Source: an uncultured virus (IMG/VR IMGVR_UViG_3300037466_002145) (taxonomy: Duplodnaviria > Heunggongvirae > Uroviricota > Caudoviricetes). Taken from it: a stretch of 64,000 nt of DNA. Below the pieces are notes generated by a model, which saw nothing but the letters and a program-made list of their open reading frames with translations, was not told the origin of the DNA and made no database searches. A program made the position numbers and the translations under genes. Shown here one piece after another: positions 62,308-64,000 of the stretch. Numbering within the stretch: position 1 is the stretch's first letter; each line of letters begins with the position of its first letter. The DNA is taken from positions 1 to 64,000 of the IMG/VR virus record IMGVR_UViG_3300037466_002145; one strand, given 5' to 3'.

Positions 62308-62430
62308 GGGACGGCGGGATTCGAACCCGCGCGCAAGAACGTCACCTCAGTTTTTTCGAGCTTCCATACTCTACTTCAACCTTAGATCAGTCCCTGGTGG
62401 AAGATACCCAGCAATGCCCGCTGGCGTCCC
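62308..62430 (-). ncRNA. enlarged tRNA-like RNA
   Basis: GGGACG/CGUCCC acceptor, CCAGC/GCUGG, CUUCCA/UGGAAG, GCGGG-UUCGAAU-CCCGC; no CCA. Confidence 0.65.
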
Positions 62431-63144
62431 CATAGCGACTAACTTAGTAATAGGTAGGCTAAGTGTCAAGATCAAATGGTTTCCAATCTTTGAAGTAGGT
62501 CGTGCCGACGAAGTTGAATAGCTTCTGCACCCGCTTATCGTCCTCGGGGAACAGTTCCCAGAGCTTGGCCATTTTATACATGCTATAGTTAACCAACTGA
62601 TAGTCAAACTCAGCCGCACTTGTCCGCCCCTCGGAAAAAATAACATCCTCGAAATCGAAGATGAATTTCTTCAAGGGACTCAAATCTTGAGTGACCCATG
62701 CCCGACATACAGTCTCGCGTAGAGCATCAATATCACTTGGAACTAATCTAACACCAGCTTTGATCATCACCACCGCCCCCGTTGCCCTACATGTTTCCCG
62801 TGGTCGTCATAGACATGATAGAACAACATTTGTTCCCCCGCGGTTTTCTCGGTCGCAACCTGCATAGCTTCTTCAAGGGTATCGTAATCGCCTTGAAGCC
62901 AATCGTCGCCGTCGAAGGTATCAACACCCACAAGCCTGAACTTGCCCGCGGGTGCCTTGCGTGAAAAGTCTACGTCAATGGCCATGCTTCACCTTCCTGT
63001 TTGTTACACGCCTAAGACTATACGCCTTAGGCGTTCCTTTTCGATAGACGGGTAGCACTGCCCGCCAAGTCAGCTTGCCGCTTCCCCAATCGCGTTTCTC
63101 ATAGGCCCGATAGATTTTCATTGGCCGTCTTCGTAGACATTTCA

Positions 63145-63594
63145 TTAATCCTCCACGTGGAAAGATACATGGCCAGGGTGGTTGCCGTGCTCAATGACAT
63201 AGTCAAGTCTGTCCAGGACTTCTGCCTTGGATATCTTACGATCATTCCAGGTATTATGGTAATAATTTGGGTTAGTGAGCCAATGAGTTGTCACCATTGG
63301 TAATTCAAAGAATTTTGCGAAGGCATTAAAGCCATTATAGCGGGTCGCCTCATTTTTACCATAATAGATATCTCCAAGATACCTATTTCCTGCATCCTGA
63401 CGAAAATAGAATCCTTGTTCCACGAATGGCTTATAGACTCCTGCCCAACCTGCAAGACATCCTGCTGTCAAACAACTATATTCTTCGTTCTTGCCTTCAG
63501 GATTCAAATTTCTACCCCAGGAATACATATTGATCTTTTCTTCTGGGGCGTTTGCGAAGAAGTTCCGTAATTCTATCAGGCGTGCTTTATTCAT
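63145..63594 (-). CDS. hypothetical protein, paralog of 23447-23899
   Basis: GGAGG RBS; shared motifs with 23447 ORF. Confidence 0.6.
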   Translation of the reverse strand: MNKARLIELRNFFANAPEEKINMYSWGRNLNPEGKNEEYSCLTAGCLAGWAGVYKPFVEQGFYFRQDAGNRYLGDIYYGKNEATRYNGFNAFAKFFELPMVTTHWLTNPNYYHNTWNDRKISKAEVLDRLDYVIEHGNHPGHVSFHVED

Positions 63595-63674
63595 CAGTTC
63601 CCTCCTGCTACGATTCCTAAGAGATATAAAAGAGAAGAATTAAGGCAGGCATACGTGATCGTCTTCGCCATGTG

Positions 63675-63991
63675 TCACCTATAGAATTTGCAGTTCGGAA
63701 ACTCCTCGCGCAAAATGCGCTTGGCGTCATCCCGCGACTTGGCGTCAAAAAAGCGACGGATAGTCTCCTGTTCATTGGTCGCCCAATAGAGAGACCAGCC
63801 ACGGCTTCGCAAGCCCCAATAGGCCCGCCGCTATCATAGCCGCCCGAATCCAGTTTCACCTTTTGCAGGTAGAACTTATGGGGATGTTCAGGAATTGCCT
63901 GAAAATCTTCATAGGCATAAGGCAGGTCGGCACGCCCAAGCGGCGCACCATACTTACCACTGAGTTTTTCCAGTTTAGGCATGTCAACCAT
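63675..63991 (-). pseudogene. small phage gene with an apparent 1-nt frameshift near 63824
   Basis: GYDSGG continues as AYWG..LYWA..SRDDAK..FYR* only in the shifted frame. Confidence 0.55.
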
Positions 63992-64000
63992 CCGTTGTTT

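Overview
This window is a 64-kb segment of a large T4-like myovirus, probably infecting an alphaproteobacterium, as judged from a circularly permuted two-piece tmRNA with tag ANDNSVIEDIRLAA. Positions 1-20.9 kb hold the baseplate/tail module (DUF4815-type protein, gp8, gp7, split gp5, hub, gp53, gp2, gp4, gp48, PAAR, gp25, gp6, gp54, gp26, gp51, gp29-like tape measure with a CHAP/NlpC domain). Positions 21-29 kb are early/accessory small ORFs, and 29-33 kb hold gp32/gp59/gp33 and two lysozyme-like paralogs. Positions 33-64 kb form a large minus-strand translation/RNA-repair island with about 20 tRNA or tRNA-like genes, phosphoesterases, a cyclic-phosphate receiver protein, homing endonucleases and many structured ncRNA candidates. 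The standout observation is a DUF2828-type (Ro60/TROVE-like + vWA) gene at 43376-44830. It is preceded by six tandem ncRNA modules, with two more at 47.1-47.5 kb. All share a covarying closing helix and a CAGC motif (exact G-N8-CAGC spacing in 7 of 8) but carry different, mostly tRNA-mimicking cargo. One is a permuted, G3:U70, CCA-containing tRNA built like the phage's own two-piece tmRNA. This looks like an undescribed Y-RNA-like modular RNP system. All calls are from manual reading; no database searches were run.
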